A stretch of DNA of 64,000 nt from contig JAHLWZ010000804.1 of assembly GCA_020536535.1 (NCBI GenBank), positions 70,234 to 134,233 of the forward strand, given 5' to 3'. Each line of letters begins with the position of its first letter. Within the stretch, counting starts at the first letter, position 1. Below, one piece after another: positions 10,692 to 24,375 of this stretch. This DNA is from Pelomyxa schiedti (taxonomy: Eukaryota > Protista > Evosea). A program made the translations under genes and the position numbers. Below the pieces are notes generated by a model. It did not search any database, was not told where the DNA came from, and saw nothing but the letters and a program-made list of their open reading frames with translations.

Positions 10692-13313
10692 ATGAGCTGG
10701 CTGATCAACAGGTCGTGGCGGTCCAAGACCCCACCAACAGCAGCAGACGCCAACACACCAAAAGCAGCAGCACTAGCGGCAGCGACGACGAGCCAAACGC
10801 CGGCATCTACAACACCACCGAGCGCGACTCGCAGGGCCACAGGGACAGCCGTCGCTAGCAATGCTACTACTCCACCAACAACCAGAGCAACACCTACCGT
10901 CCCAGATAGGACATCCACCTCCTCTTCCTCGGCCTCGGCCTCCGCCTCCTCCACGTCTACGTCACGGTCAACGTCCACATCCACATCCACATCCACATCC
11001 ACATCCACATCCACCTCGACGTCGACGTCGACGTCCACGTCCACATCAACGCCAGCAACGGCTCTGAGGTCCTCAATAACTAAACGCGACGCCAGAGCCA
11101 AAGCCAGGACCAAGCCGGACCGCGACGAAGACGAGGCGCGCTACAAGGTGTACTGGAAGACCCAAGGGTTCTTCGTGATATGCACCGCGTGCGGGGCCGC
11201 CGGGCGCCCGCTGGTCAGCCGCGCCAAGGTGCGCACGAGGTGCCGGAGCTGCGGCGAGGAGGTGGCGTGCACGGACAAGGACCCCGCGTGCTGGCGCGAC
11301 CTCAAGATCGGGGTGCCGGGGCACTGCCTGGGCCCCAGGTGCGACCCGCGGGGGACTCCCAAGGGCCAGCCTACCAAAATAGACTTTTGGACAAAGTGTG
11401 GCAAGTGCGGGGATCAGGGTGCCGTGTTTTCTAGGGTGCTGTTCGACAACACTGCCAGAAAGACTTGTGGGATCTGTCTGGAGGTTAAACCTGTATGTGT
11501 CCCTCCCTCCATACTTTTCTTGAAGATTTGAGATATTTCAAGCAATTATATAACCCAAAAACAAAGGAAATGCTATTCTTTCCGCACCCTTGCACCCATT
11601 GCATATGCCCAGAGTGCTTTATACGCTACTGGACACACAAGGTGTCTTCACGGCGGCTGCCATGGAATCCAGAGAAAAAAAAGCATGGCATTACCTGCCC
11701 ATGTTGTCGTATGATCACTTAAAATAAATTTAACACAGTCCCAGGTGGCTGCCAAGTCTTTATACACGATTTGCATCTGCTGAAACTAGTTGGTGCTGAC
11801 CTCTATAATAAAATAAAAGATATCGGTGTTGGCAGGGAAAGTCTTGCAGTAAGGCCCCTTAAACTCTGAATCCTATATTTAACCAACAAACAATCTAGGA
11901 CATCGGATGTAATGGTATTTATTGTGCAAATGAAAGGTGTGAATATGCAGCAAAGGCGTTCCTGCCAGCATCTCTTGACCAGTCATTCTCCCAGTGTCCT
12001 GGTTGCAAGGTAGTATCAATGAAGTTCCAATTTTCTACGAATCTCAAAGCCAAAATAGCAACACACTTGCGTGGTCTGCTTGAGTCTTGCTGGTAGATGC
12101 ACATGCACGGGATTGGATCCAATGCGAACTGCTCCATATTTCATTCAACTCGGAGGTGCAGCCACGCATAACCTCCAGTTACAAACCTAATTCACATTAA
12201 GAGCATTTCTGCAAGAGCGTTAAAATACCCGAGCGAGATCGAACTATACCGGTCTTTTTCCAACGTGGATCTAAGCTTCTTGTTTATGTATCAGAATAAA
12301 TGCCATGGCGATTTTATAATGGGTACCAGGTACACCCAGATGATACAATTTTGGAAGTGAAATGTCTTCTTGAAAAACAGCACAATATTGAGTGCTTCAA
12401 GCAAAGGTTTGTCTACATTGGAAATGATGTTCCTCTCGATAAAACAATCGGGTCACTTGCAATGGCAAGCAATACTGTCGTACATTTAGTTTTCTATGCA
12501 TTAACGGAGAATCCCTACATGTGTGTAGCTTGTAATTACCTCGTTTCTGACCTTTTCCCTCCCAGGAAAACTCCCGCCGAGCCTTCCTCTGTTGTGGCCA
12601 ATACAACGAATACTACCAGTGCTTCAACAGCCGTGCCTGCTCAACTACCTTCTGTCCACACCCTTGCACCAACAGAAGTGCCAACTGAGAGGCAAGACCA
12701 AGCTTCGAAAAATCATGATGCTCCTCCTGTACCAAATCAAAGCCCACCTCCCCAACCTCCTCCAATGCCATCCCCTGCAGCTGTTCCACCACCCAGTGAG
12801 ACGGCTCATCAACCCACAGAAACAACAGTGGCACAGGCAACACCCCAGCTTCAAACCTCCCCCTCCACTGTACCACCTAAACAAGTTACTTCTGACCAAC
12901 AAGCAACCCCTGCTGTAACTGACCAAGCAGTGGGCCCAGTAGAGAAGCGGTGCCCCCAGCCCTCATGCCGTGCACTGGTCATTAAATTTAAGTAAGCCTG
13001 TAACAACTCATTGCATCTTCCACTCAATTAATATGCTCAATCAGACATCACGGCTGCCACCATGTCAAATGCCCCTCTTGCAACTATGCCTTTTGGTAAG
13101 TATTCCTGTCCTCATACACTGTTATTACCGCCAAGCACTAAAACCATTCCCAAATCAACAACCAGTTATTCGTGCCTGGGCCCACACCCTTGTAGCAAGT
13201 GCTCGTACCTCTGTAACAAAAAGTGTGACTGTGCTCCTTGTGATGCGTGCAAACTTGGAAAACCATGCCCGGACTGCAAAGGATGTGATGTATGTGAGCC
13301 AAGAGACGAGTAA
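10692..13313 (+). CDS. Parkin-like RBR E3 ubiquitin ligase: Ser/Thr-rich N-terminus, RING0, RING1, IBR, internal ubiquitin-like domain, Pro/Thr linker, RING2(Rcat), Cys-rich tail
   Basis: RING0-like FVICTAC...KVRTRCRSC...PACWRDL...GHCLGPRC...FWTKC. RING1 CGIC...CTHCICPECF...TCP..GCQVFIHDLHLLKLVG. IBR CANERC...CPGCK/QHTCVVC...CTC. Ubl VHPDDTILEVKCLLEKQHNIECFKQRFVYIG...TVVHLV. Rcat CPQPSCRALVIKFKHHGCHHVKCPSCNYAFCYSC. Intron positions are corroborated by the paralog at 61864-64000. Confidence 0.8.
10950..11051 (+). repeat. Coding (TCCACA/TCGACG)n hexamer repeat encoding (Ser-Thr)n
   Basis: tccacatccacatcc...tcgacgtcgacg; translates STSTSTST in ORF 10692-11531. Confidence 0.9.
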
Positions 13314-13738
13314 AAAAAAACCATTCTGTTGTATTGCACAAGAAAGTCTTTTGTTGGCTCATCCGCACTCAAACCCAAACTCCCATGTGTCATCCTAGTC
13401 AAGACAGCCTCAGAAAAGAGTGAATGCAATTTTCGGTGGAATTCTCAAGCATTTTTGGCAGGTACTTTTTTTGATGGAGTGGTCCGTGCATCCCTTGAAT
13501 TGGGCTGGGCACAGGCAAACTGTTTTTAACTCAGTTGAAGAGGTACCCTTCCTGTAGGCCACTTCTCACTTACCTTTGAACCAATCCTCGATTTTTCGTG
13601 CACGAAACCCGGATTCTACCCCAAGGGTAGCTTTCCCCAAAACAAAAATATCAAGACCAGGACTGGGGTACCCAGTCACTGGGATAAGTTACTTTTTACA
13701 CAAAACAGCGAGGGTCTTTGCACATGTGGGGGGAGGCT

Positions 13739-16361
13739 CTAGTGTACACTGTTGCTAGAATCGAGGCTTGGTGATTCTGGCGGTGGGCTCAGGAGGTGTG
13801 TCCTGGGTGTGGCGTCGTTGGCTCTGTTGGGTAGTTTGGTGTGTAATGTTGGGTGCTTCGTCCGGCTGCGTTTGGAGTGATGTGCGGCTGTGGTGCTGTG
13901 GGTGTGGATTGCTAACGAGGGTGTTGGTGCGGAGAACTGGAATGGAATTGGGTGATGCGGAGATGAAGGTAGTACACCCGCACCGGGGTGTGGAAGGGCG
14001 GGATCGTCGTAGCTGTGTGTGGGAACACTTGCCGGCGATGTATCTTGGCTGGGATCCAGCTCCAAACCCTCGGGTAGGGTTACTCCCTCGCTGTTCTGAA
14101 AAATGTTCTCCTGATCCAGTGTGGCCTCTTGTGATGCATCACCTGAATCAGAGACGGTTGGTGTTGATGAAGATTCCCCGGTGGACGTGGCAAGGTTAAT
14201 GTCGGAACTGTTCTGTGACACCGGATCTGCGTTTATGGAAGCCTCGGTTGCCGTGACACCAGCTTCTTCACTTTGGAGGCGGATTTTTCTGGTGCGAACA
14301 AATCCAATCACCACAAACGAGACGAGGAAAATGACACAAAATGCTATCAGCAAGGTAGATACAACCAAGGCAACAGTGAATAAAATCTTTTTGGTAGAGA
14401 TCTCACTGGAAGTCTCCGAAACCAATGCTGTGCGGAATTAGACTGAAAACTCGATGTAATGACAACATACAATAATCGCAGTTAGCAACAGAGGCGAAGC
14501 CGATTCGGCTATTAGCTCGATCAAACAGTGTAGTGAAAGGAGACAAAAACACGTCACCCAGCACTGTTGTGTTGCTGCCACTACTGTGTATGCCAAAGTA
14601 CCAGCATGGAGTTCCGCGGTTGTCCTACAGAATTTAAGAAAGCAAGAGGATGCAAAAGCCGCATACCCGCGTTGAAACAAAGTAAATGTCCGGCTGTAAA
14701 ACAAGGGATATTTCTGCATCGGGATCACTTGCATCTGGCATATAGAAGACAAAGTTGGGGTACTCGTCCAAAGTTCGGTCACTGAAGTACCAGCAAGCAT
14801 CAGGATCAAATATGTTTGTTTTCCCACAAACTCCTGTCAAGCTGAATGTGGAAGAACAATAATTGCTTTGCAAAGTTTGGACAACACTCTGAAACCAGCT
14901 TAAGAACGAGGAGAGTGATAAGTTCAGAAACACTCACATTGTAAAGTGCGGTAGCTAACAGGATCAAACTCGTGCCACTGTCTACGATTGCATCAAGTGT
15001 CTGGGAAGTTATGGCAAATTCACCTATCCCGATCCTGACCAACTCTACGTGGTAATAATCTTGTTTAACTGGAGAACCTAGTTAGCGTATGTAAAGCTTT
15101 CAACTACACACCTATTGGTGTTAACGCGAATTGACCGGTGTAAGTGCCAGTTGAGCCACCAAGAACAAGCAAACCACCCTACAATGTGTCAGTAAAAGGA
15201 AATGAGACAATGATATGTGAAGTATACCAGAGGGCTGAGGCAAATAGAAAATTCATCTTTGAGCCCTGCCTCTACCAATGTTTCAAATACACCAGGAACG
15301 TCAGAAACGGATATCGATTGGTATGCAAGGCCTAGGATGCCGTCAACCTGGCCAAAAGTTAGTCTATTTTTATACTAAGTGCGGGGAAACCTCACTGGAC
15401 GCGAAATTTCCCTTTTCAGAAAGCGCTACACCCAGGCTCACCTCCGTAGGAACAAAGTTGCCTTGGAAAAGTTATTCACTTACACTGCACTGGAGAAACG
15501 TACTTATTCTCAAGGAGTCATTGACTACATAAGCATTAACAGATGAGGCGTCACCATAGGATACATGAATCTGGCATGCCTCTTGTCCCTCCAAAGAAAC
15601 ACAACTGTGAAACTCATTAATGGAAGAAGCAAGAAAATGTAATTCACTTACCCAGAGTTACAAGTGTCGGTGCAGGGCCACAAGGATGACGTATTGGAGG
15701 CAGTGTAATTGTAAAGGTTTGTTGTGTGTGGACACGCTACCAAAATATTAGCATGTCAGAGAAAACCTATTCTCTACAAACCTTTTCCAGAGGACGTTAC
15801 GCAATCTGTGCTAGGTAGTAGAAGGTTGGCACTGCCGGTGTCTATTTGTACACGGAAAGACTGTGAAGGAGTACCAACCTGATACAGTTAGGAAGAAAAA
15901 CACCTGGGAAAGGAGAAAGAAATGCTCACAGATACTTCTGCGAAGTACTCGCCAATGACCCCCACACCGCCACCCAGTAGACAGAAGAACAACGTGCGCT
16001 GCTCATCAGGAGGGACTGCTGGCACTGAACCACTGTATTCAACTCCTTTGACTCCATCATCCTCATCACCATCACCATGCGGATGTCCCCTGTCCTTTAC
16101 ATCGGCGCTACTAGGTGGTGGTCCCATCTTCTTTGCATCAGGGACTGGTGGGGATCCAAAATAAAGGCGGTAGTCGGCTTCTCCATAGCCTTGAATTCCC
16201 GTGTTCTCCACATTGCCACGGATGAGCTTGATTATAACAGCGTCACGTGATGTCACAATACTGGCACACGCCAACCACACCACAGTGATAAAAAAGGGCT
16301 GTCCACATCCGCATGTACGGAAAAAGCTGCGCGCGACGTCGTTCCTGGAGATCCGGTGCAT
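13739..16361 (-). CDS. Pepsin-family (A1) aspartic protease, type I membrane-anchored (BACE/plasmepsin-like)
   Basis: Hydrophobic N-terminal segment (FFITVVWLACASIVTS); catalytic motifs QIDTGSAN (about 15825-15850) and AIVDSGTS (about 14970-14995); C-terminal TM KKILFTVALVVSTLLIAFCVIFLVSFVVIGFV followed by a Ser/Pro-rich tail. Confidence 0.85.
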
Positions 16362-16957
16362 TGCCGACCACAACTGCAAGCTAGATTATATGGAGATCTT
16401 GGCGTGCGTTTATTTGTTTGTTGTCTGTGTTCCGGGCGCACTTTGTTCGTTGGTTGCGGTACCCGAATGCACCTTTTTTTGTTTATGTTTTTTTTTTCTT
16501 CTCTTTCCTCATCGGAATGAAAAAGCCGATGCCACAGAAGTGTATAAAAGGCAACAACATCAGCCAATCTTCAAGTCTAAGGAACACTTTCCATCACGGA
16601 TCTACCTCCCTCACCAAGAGGAACGCTCTCTGTCCCTCACCTCTCAGCTACGGACCAGGGCAGCCCCCGAGGTTCTAAAGTTCTAATGAAACACCATCGG
16701 TCCGAAGAAAGCAACTGAATGCGCAGGGGAAAAAGAGCAAGAAAACCATCAACAACAAACTAAAAAGCCACTACGCAAAACCGACCAAAAACTAAACAAA
16801 ATAGCACACCTACACCTGAGATCCAAGCAAGCACTGCTTTCCTAACAAAACAAGCCGCCTTCACCGCCTTGTTGTGCTTTATTGTTGATTACGATACATT
16901 TTTTTTTTAATTTACGACAACCACGCAACAGCCAAGTCAAACAAACAAGAAAAAACC

Positions 16958-18983
16958 ATGTATCAGCAATACGCTTACGCATCTCCGCATTCGCGAGTCC
17001 CTCTACTGCCTTCCCCAACTGCAATTCCCCGTGGAATGTACTACCCAATGGGATCTCCCCACGCGTCACAAGTAGTCCCAACATCACCGTCGCCCCACAT
17101 TTCCCAACAACAAATGCAGAACTTCCAACAACAGCAGTACTACGCACAACCTCAGTACGCACAATACACTCAATACCAGTACCCGCAGTATGCTCAGTAC
17201 CCCCAATATCAACAACATTCTTCTATGCACCCACAAGTGCATCACCACCAGCAACAACAGCACGTTCAGCACCACATTACAATCCAACAAGCGCAACACA
17301 CGTCTACGGCCCATAGTAAATCGGATTCAGCTGCATCTGCACCAAGACAGACTACAGAACCGGCAGAAACACCATTGGAAACTGCGAGCGCAACCTCACT
17401 TCCAGCATCTGAATCATTGGAATCGGCATCATCTCAGTCAACTGAACAACGAACAGAACCAGCACCCACCCTCATGCAGCCGTCTATGTTATTGTCTGGG
17501 CAACCTCTAAATCTTACAGATGTTGACTGGAAGAGCAGACACAAAACCGCTGTTTGTTCCTTTCCTTTCATCCAACTGCCTAATTCAAGTGAAGGATGTA
17601 ACAGCCACAAGAGGCATTGACTTTGAAGATTTTTATCTCAAGAGGGATCTTCTAATGGGGATTTATGCTAAAGGATACGAAAAGCCAAGCCCCATTCAAG
17701 AGGAAACCATCCCCATTGCCTTAGCCAAGTACGACATTCTTGCCAGGGCCAAGAACGGGACTGGTAAGACCGCTTCATTCTTGATTCCTGCTCTTGATCG
17801 GACTGATCCTAAATTTGACCACATTCAGGGTATGTGTTCCAACCAACTCAGTAACGTTTCACATATCCTAGTTCTCATTTTGGTGCCTACAAGAGAGTTG
17901 GCGTTACAGACCGCCCAGGAGTGCAAAGAACTTGCAAAGCACATGCCCAGCGTTCAAGTGATGGTGACTACAGGCGGGACTTCACTAAAAGAAGATATTG
18001 TCCGGCTATATTCACCTGTCCACATCCTAGTTGCCACCCCAGGAAGAGTTTTGGATCTTGCAAATAAAGGTGTCGCCAATCTCAACAAATGTGGAATTCT
18101 TATCATGGATGAGGTTACTCTCCTTTTTTTCCCGAGAATCAAACAAACCAACAACAGGCTGACAAACTCCTATCACCCGAGTTTCAACCTCTCGTTGAAG
18201 AGATCATTACATTCCTTCCTACGGATAGGCAAATACTTTTATTCAGTGCCACCTTCCCAATCACCGTCAAGGCCTTCAAAGATCGTTTCTTGCAAAAGCC
18301 TCATGAAATAAACTTGATGGACGAGTTGACATTAAAGGGCGTTACACAATATTATGCATTCGTTGAAGAGAGACAGAAAGTACACTGTTTGAACACTCTG
18401 TTTTCCAAGGTTCACTTTTTTGAGATTGGCTTCCCGTTACTGAACTAGATGATAGTTGACAATCTATCAATCTATCATCTTCTGCAACTCGGTCAACAGA
18501 GTTGAGCTTCTTGCAAAAAAGATCACTGAACTCGGATACTCTTGCTTCTTCATACACGCAAAAATGCTGCAAACACACCGAAACAGAGTTTTCCATGATT
18601 TCCGGAGTGGAAACTGCAGAAATTTAGTTTCCTCAGGTTCGCTTCACTCAGACACTTCGCTATCAAGCGTTTACACCCTTATTGCTAGATTTATGCACTA
18701 GAGGCATTGACATACCCGCGGTCAATGTAGTTATTAACTTCGATTTCCCCAAAAACTCCGGTAAATCACTCCTCTCTGTCCCCTTTTTTTCCGTAGCAAA
18801 CCCCTTCTTTCAGAGACTTACTTGCACCGGATTGGGCGTTCAGGAAGATTTGGTCACAGAGGGCTCGCCATAAACTTGATCACTTGCAATGACACATTTA
18901 ATCTGTACAAAATCGAGAAGGAGCTCAACACCACTATCAAACCAATTCCGGCACTCATCCCCCTGAAAGAGTACGCACTCTAA
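16958..18983 (+). CDS. DDX6: DEAD-box RNA helicase DDX6/Dhh1/Me31B with a Gln/Tyr/Pro-rich N-terminal extension
   Basis: [113 protein letters not shown]. Confidence 0.95.
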
Positions 18984-19163
18984 ACTGTGTGTATATCCTT
19001 TTCAGGCACCCAACATCACCGTAATCTTTGCGAGAAAGGGCACACAGGCCCCATCATTGATCTAACCCCATACGGACGTATTGAAAAAAAAAGGATCCAT
19101 TCAGCCCAACAATCCAGCTCTTTTTCTTTCTTCCTTTTACAGTGGGTGATGTGCCTGAGGGTT

Positions 19164-21928
19164 TTACTCTGAAGGAGTGAAATTTTTGTTTGTGGGTAGG
19201 CCTTTTAGGGTTGCTGCTAGTTTCTGATGGTCTTCAGTTGTTGGGAAGCACACCTGTGAATGTAAATTGAGTTGGGAAACTTTAGAGACCGGAGGGAGGA
19301 AAGCAAAAGGAAACATACGCTCGTTGCTTCATAAATGTTCAGGGCACCAGAGACATCACCCACGATAAGAAGCTTTCCGTCAGCGGACCACCTCAGCTTG
19401 TTAATTGGTCGTGATATGTTGGTTGTCCAAACAGGAACCTACTCGCCGGTGAGAAAGAGTTGTTTACTATTAAGCAAGACTGGTACCTCTCTGTCTTTGT
19501 TGATGTTCCACAAGCTCACTGTTCCAGAGCCATCACCGCTGGCAAACAAGGCGGGGTGGACTGGTGACCATCTTGTGTCATATATGGAGTCGGTACTATC
19601 CTCAAATGACATCACTACCTTGGGTGTATCTCCCTTTTGAGTTAGTGTTAACGGCTTTGTAATCCATGTTGAGGGAATAACACTTTGATGGACCACAGGT
19701 GCGTGGAGTAGTCAGCCGAACTGGTAAGGAAAAGTTGCGTGAATTCGGGATTGGGGTTAAAATCAATAGACGACACAATGCCGGAATGCCCGTCAAACTT
19801 GTCACATTCCGCCCTATGAGCTATTAATGCAGAAGTTAAGTACAGGTAGGAGACAAACTTCCCAGTGTCAGTATGGCGAGGCCCTCGGTAAATGTATCCC
19901 TCTTCACTGCCTGGATGGACCATGAGAATAAGGGGGAAGTGTAATGTGACGCACCCGCATAAAAGGTATTCACTTCGCCTTTGGGGAAAGCGAGGCACGT
20001 CACCCCGACACTCATGTGAGCTTGTTTTGACTGAATGTTTTGCGATTCCTTTCCAAAAACGGTGAACAACAGAGGAAGCAATAGAGAAATGTACCACAGG
20101 GCGAGACATGTTAGAAGTGGACCACAGACACATGTGCCCATCGGTGGAGGTGGTGATAAGGTTGTGTGCGTTTTGTGTGCCTATAAAGTTCATGCTAGTC
20201 CAATGTAAGCAAATGAGGAAATAGGGACTGTTACCTATAAACAGGATGTGTATGTGTCTGAGTGGAAATAGGAATAACTTGTACAGGTGTAGATTTTGCT
20301 CTGGTGTCCCAAACAACCTGGACACAGGTTGGCCTGTGGGTTAAGTGAGGAGAACTGTACATACAATATGTCCGGAATAAGTGCCGCCATAAATTACTGT
20401 AGGGCTAAATGGGGAAAACATCGCAGATATCACTTGAGACTAAATAATGTTACCAAAACAAGCCTGGTGAAGGAAGACAACTTGACAATAGAAAGCGAAT
20501 TCCGGTCTCTCCAGTATTAATTTGGGAGAGATATTCCACACTAAAACCAATCCTTCAGTCTCACTCCACACAGAGGAACGACCATAAGAGGCAAGGAGAA
20601 GTTCAGGAAACTAGTGAGAGTTAAAAATAAAGTGCGGATACAAACGTGAGTAGTGTTGTGGTTGAGTGTACTGTGTGGTAAGCATGATCACTTTGGCTGA
20701 GAAGCAAAGGTCGGTAACTGGTCTGCCTTTGTGTTTGTCCGAGAGTAGAGAGCGTTTAAAAACAAGACTTTCAACAGTAGCTTCTCTGCTAAAGAAAAAC
20801 TCACTTCTCGAAACAGGAAGAGGATTTCATACGCAGATGTACCGTCAGTATTACTTGCATAATCAAAGAGTAAATCTGGAATCATATCTGATACAACCAG
20901 AACTTTTTCCATGACTTTGACTTTCTTTGACAAAAACGTTTCAAATTCTTTGCTTTCCACAATATCTCGTATTTCATCCTCGTTGAGTGCTGAAAGAAGT
21001 AAGTGGGAGTTGGAGGCATGCTTCGCAAACTCTTAACGACTGGTTTGGGAGGATCAACTGAGCGCAAAGCAGATGAATGGGCATCAGTATCGACGTGAAA
21101 ATCAGGCCGAATAACACGTGACATTGTTCTCCTGCGGGTGAGAGGCGTGACCTTGTGTGTTAGTGGGCTTTTGTACAATGCCATTATGATTTAATGAGAC
21201 GGTTTTTTTTTGAGGCACACATTTTGAACTTTTGGAGATTCTCCAGCTGGTGTAGTGGCCTCTGACGCCGGAGTTTCTGTTGAAGTGGTTGAGTCCATTA
21301 CAGTTTGCGTAGATTTGTCGTAGGTTTCCTGTGTGAGTGTTCATGAATATGACCCACAATTGAAGTCTCTAGGTACCCTTTGGCGTATTGTCATAACTGC
21401 TACATCGAATGTCTGTTGTAGTGCCGGAGCTCGCCGCTGACGTGTCAATTGCTGCTCCTGCTGTTGTTGTTGTTGTTGCTGCTGCTGTTGCTGTTGTTGT
21501 TGAGTCGCCAGGAGTTGTTGCTGTAGAGCTTGAATCTGTTGCTGCAGTTGTGTTATTACTTGCCGAGAGTCATCGGATGTGGGCGGGGGTGTTGACTCCG
21601 AATTATGGGCCTGGCTCTGCGACGTCGTAGGCTGCGAGGGCGAGGGTGCCGTCGGCGCAGGCGCCGTGGTTGGCGCCCCAAGGGACGACAAAATGCCATC
21701 CAACGAAGTGGCGCTGAGCAGGCGATCCAATTCCAGCACGACCGGGGTATCAATTCCGCCATTTATGCTGGAAGTCATCGTGGACGGCGGCAACGATACA
21801 GACGAAGGGGAGGGAGAACTCGAGATCGACGATGGCGTCGCCGCTACAGCAGCCGCCGCACGCCGTTTGCTTTCAAGCAATTGTTTCTTCTTGGCCAACT
21901 CGGCCTGCAGGTCCCGCTTTGCCGACAT
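19164..21928 (-). CDS. DYNC1I: Cytoplasmic dynein intermediate chain (WD40)
   Basis: N-terminus [23 protein letters not shown]. Motifs [95 protein letters not shown]. Confidence 0.9.
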
Positions 21929-22245
21929 CACGGTCTCTCGCACCCTTGTATTTCGCCTTTTTTTTTGATTTGATGGCCAAACGAGCGAATCGAAACAAAA
22001 AATCCAAGATTACGCGGCGAGGACCCCTTCTTCTTCAACAACCTTCAGAATCTTATCACAATCACATTGGGGAGATCACACGGCTTCCATGTACTTCCCC
22101 AGAGAGCTGGTGTTTCAGCGTGAGACCATTCTGATGCCGCCACTACTGGGCCAAAGTTCAACAAGTCTGACGACGACTTTCTAGAAGCGAAGGGTCACAA
22201 CAGACCGAAGAAAAAAAAACAAAAAAACACAGCGAGCGTGGGACG

Positions 22246-24375
22246 ATGGCAGCAACGGGCGAAAGGACTGTGTACTTGGCAGTGAGCGGCGATTCGCGGG
22301 TGACGGCCAACCGCGACTGCTGGCCGGCTCAGCAGGCGATGGAGGCGCTGCTCACGGCGGCGCTGAGGTCCCGCGGCGCCGTCGTCGTCAGGGCGCACCC
22401 CTTCGACGAGAGGCTGGGGCACGGGTTCATATGGAACCAGCGGATGGGCCTCGACGTGTTCGCGAAGATCCCTCGCGACGCCTTCGTGATAGTAGCAGAG
22501 TCTGTTTGGCAATACAGCTACTTCGTTACAGGTGGTTTGAGGTATTTTTTTTTCCCATTTCCTTTCCTGCTTTTTTTTTTTCTGCTTCTTCTTCTTCTTC
22601 TTCGCCCCATTTCTTGTGGCTCTTTGTGTGTGTTAAGTTTCTTGTCAGGACGCACCAAGGGCCGATTTTAACTGTGGCCAATTGGGATGCTACTTGGCCA
22701 GGACTCGTGGGCCTACTGAACTTGAACGCAAGTCTGACAAAGATGGGGAAAAAGTTCTCCTCTTTATGGAGTGTATCTTTTGATGACGAATTCTTCCTCA
22801 ATGGCCTTACGACTTGGCTTAAGACTGGCGTTGTGGAACACCCTATTTCGTAATGCAACTTTTTTCCCTTGTATTTCCTAAGTTTGATTTCACAAAAGGC
22901 ATGTCCGCGAACCAGAAATCAACACCTTGCCAAGTGGGTGGGTGGCACTGGGAACAAAGATTGGCACAGAAATGAAAGAAAAGAAGGTCATAATGGGCAT
23001 TTTTGATGAAGGGTGCATGGGAATGTACAATGCATTCTTTGACGATGAGTTGCTGAACCCGTATGCCTATCTCTTCCTTACTTAGTCTCAGTGGTTAATG
23101 TAACAAGATGTGGGATTTATAAAGAGAGGCTGAGCCAATCAGCCCTTTTCGCTGCCATGCAAACCGTCACGGTTCAGGAGGCCTGGGAAGCATTTGAATG
23201 GTGCCGCCGTGAAGGAATGACTTTTGTCCTGGGAAAGGACCCCAGAACGGAGTTGACAGTTGACCAAGTCCTTGAACAATTCAAGATGTACATTGCCGCA
23301 GTTCGCCTTGCGCATGCCTTCTCTTGTGACTGCATTGGAATTCAATATCAGCAAGGACTTAAAGATACCTGTGCGGCTTCTGACTTGGCAGAAGGTCTTC
23401 TCAACAATGCACATAGACCACCCGTTTGCAATCCTGAGACTGGTGCTGTTCTATTTGATGGTACGATTGAATAGAATTCGTAATGTACAATTTTCTAACT
23501 TCATTTCAGGTGAGCCAGTTGTCCACTTCAATGAAGGTACTATCTAAGGATCCCCCTTTGTTTTTTTCCTGCTTAACGATTGTTAGTTGATGAAGGTTCC
23601 GCGGTTGATGCAATGGTTACTAACAGGGTTGCTAAGGCTATGTCCATTGACCCTGCAACAACTCTTCACGATATAAGGTAAACCTGATCCATCAAAAACC
23701 GTCGCACCATCAACATTGAACAAAAGGTGGGGAGAGTGGTTCAATGGTGATGGAATAAATGACTTTGTCTGGTTATTTGAAATCTCCGGTGCAGTTCCTC
23801 CTTCTCATCTGAAAGGAGGTTACAGGTCGTAACAACCTATATTCACACTCTTGTATTAATATAGCACACGTTTAGAGGCTCTTCAAGTGAGAGACAGCCA
23901 CCAGTTTTCTTCCCCCGAGGAGGAGGCAGCTTGAAGGGAATAAGCAAGCCAGGTCCCACAATCCTGCCACTCTTCCTTCCTCAGAATTGCCATTAAAACA
24001 CAACACCCAACAGGAGAGATCGTGTGGAGCAGAGTGTACCAACTTGGAGGCGCACTTCACGCCGACCTCGGGCGCGGGACAGCAGTGGAACTGCCACTCG
24101 AGGAGACCCAGAGGAGATGGAACCTATCCACCAAACAGTGGCCGGTAATGCACGCAGTGCTTCACGGGGTTACCCGCGACCAGGTTCCCTTTCCCTCTTT
24201 CTTCACTGAGAAGTTCTAACTCCAAACACTACTACAGATGATGGCACGGCACAAGTCCAACCACATCCAGGTTGTGTACGGAAACGACGCACAGTCCGCC
24301 AACCAACTCTTGGCCATCAAGCTTGCTGCCTTCAAGGCCATGGGCATTACGCCTCATTTGTGTGGAAGCGTTTAA
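22246..24375 (+). CDS. Bacterial-type L-fucose/L-arabinose isomerase-like protein (fucose isomerase superfamily)
   Basis: SGDSRVTANRDCWPAQ, VANWDATWPGLVGLLNLNASLTK, FDEGCMGMYNA, GIQYQQGLKD, HFNE, TLHDIRWG, WLFEISGAVP, IVWSRVY, QWPVMHAVL, HKSNHIQVVY. Several short GT-AG introns. Confidence 0.8.

Noticed and set aside
13566-13600. ACTTACCT, the canonical U1 5' motif, downstream of the Parkin-like gene
   Set aside because: No U1-70K loop, U1A loop, Sm site or SL4 follows. It is more simply a minus-strand GTAAGT donor-like sequence.
20611-20641. GTATCCGC...TTTTTAAC...TAG, resembling a fourth U12-type intron in dynein IC
   Set aside because: The conserved protein frame (CFSAK/FPELL) requires the upstream GTGATC donor, so the GTATCC is internal to a longer ordinary intron.
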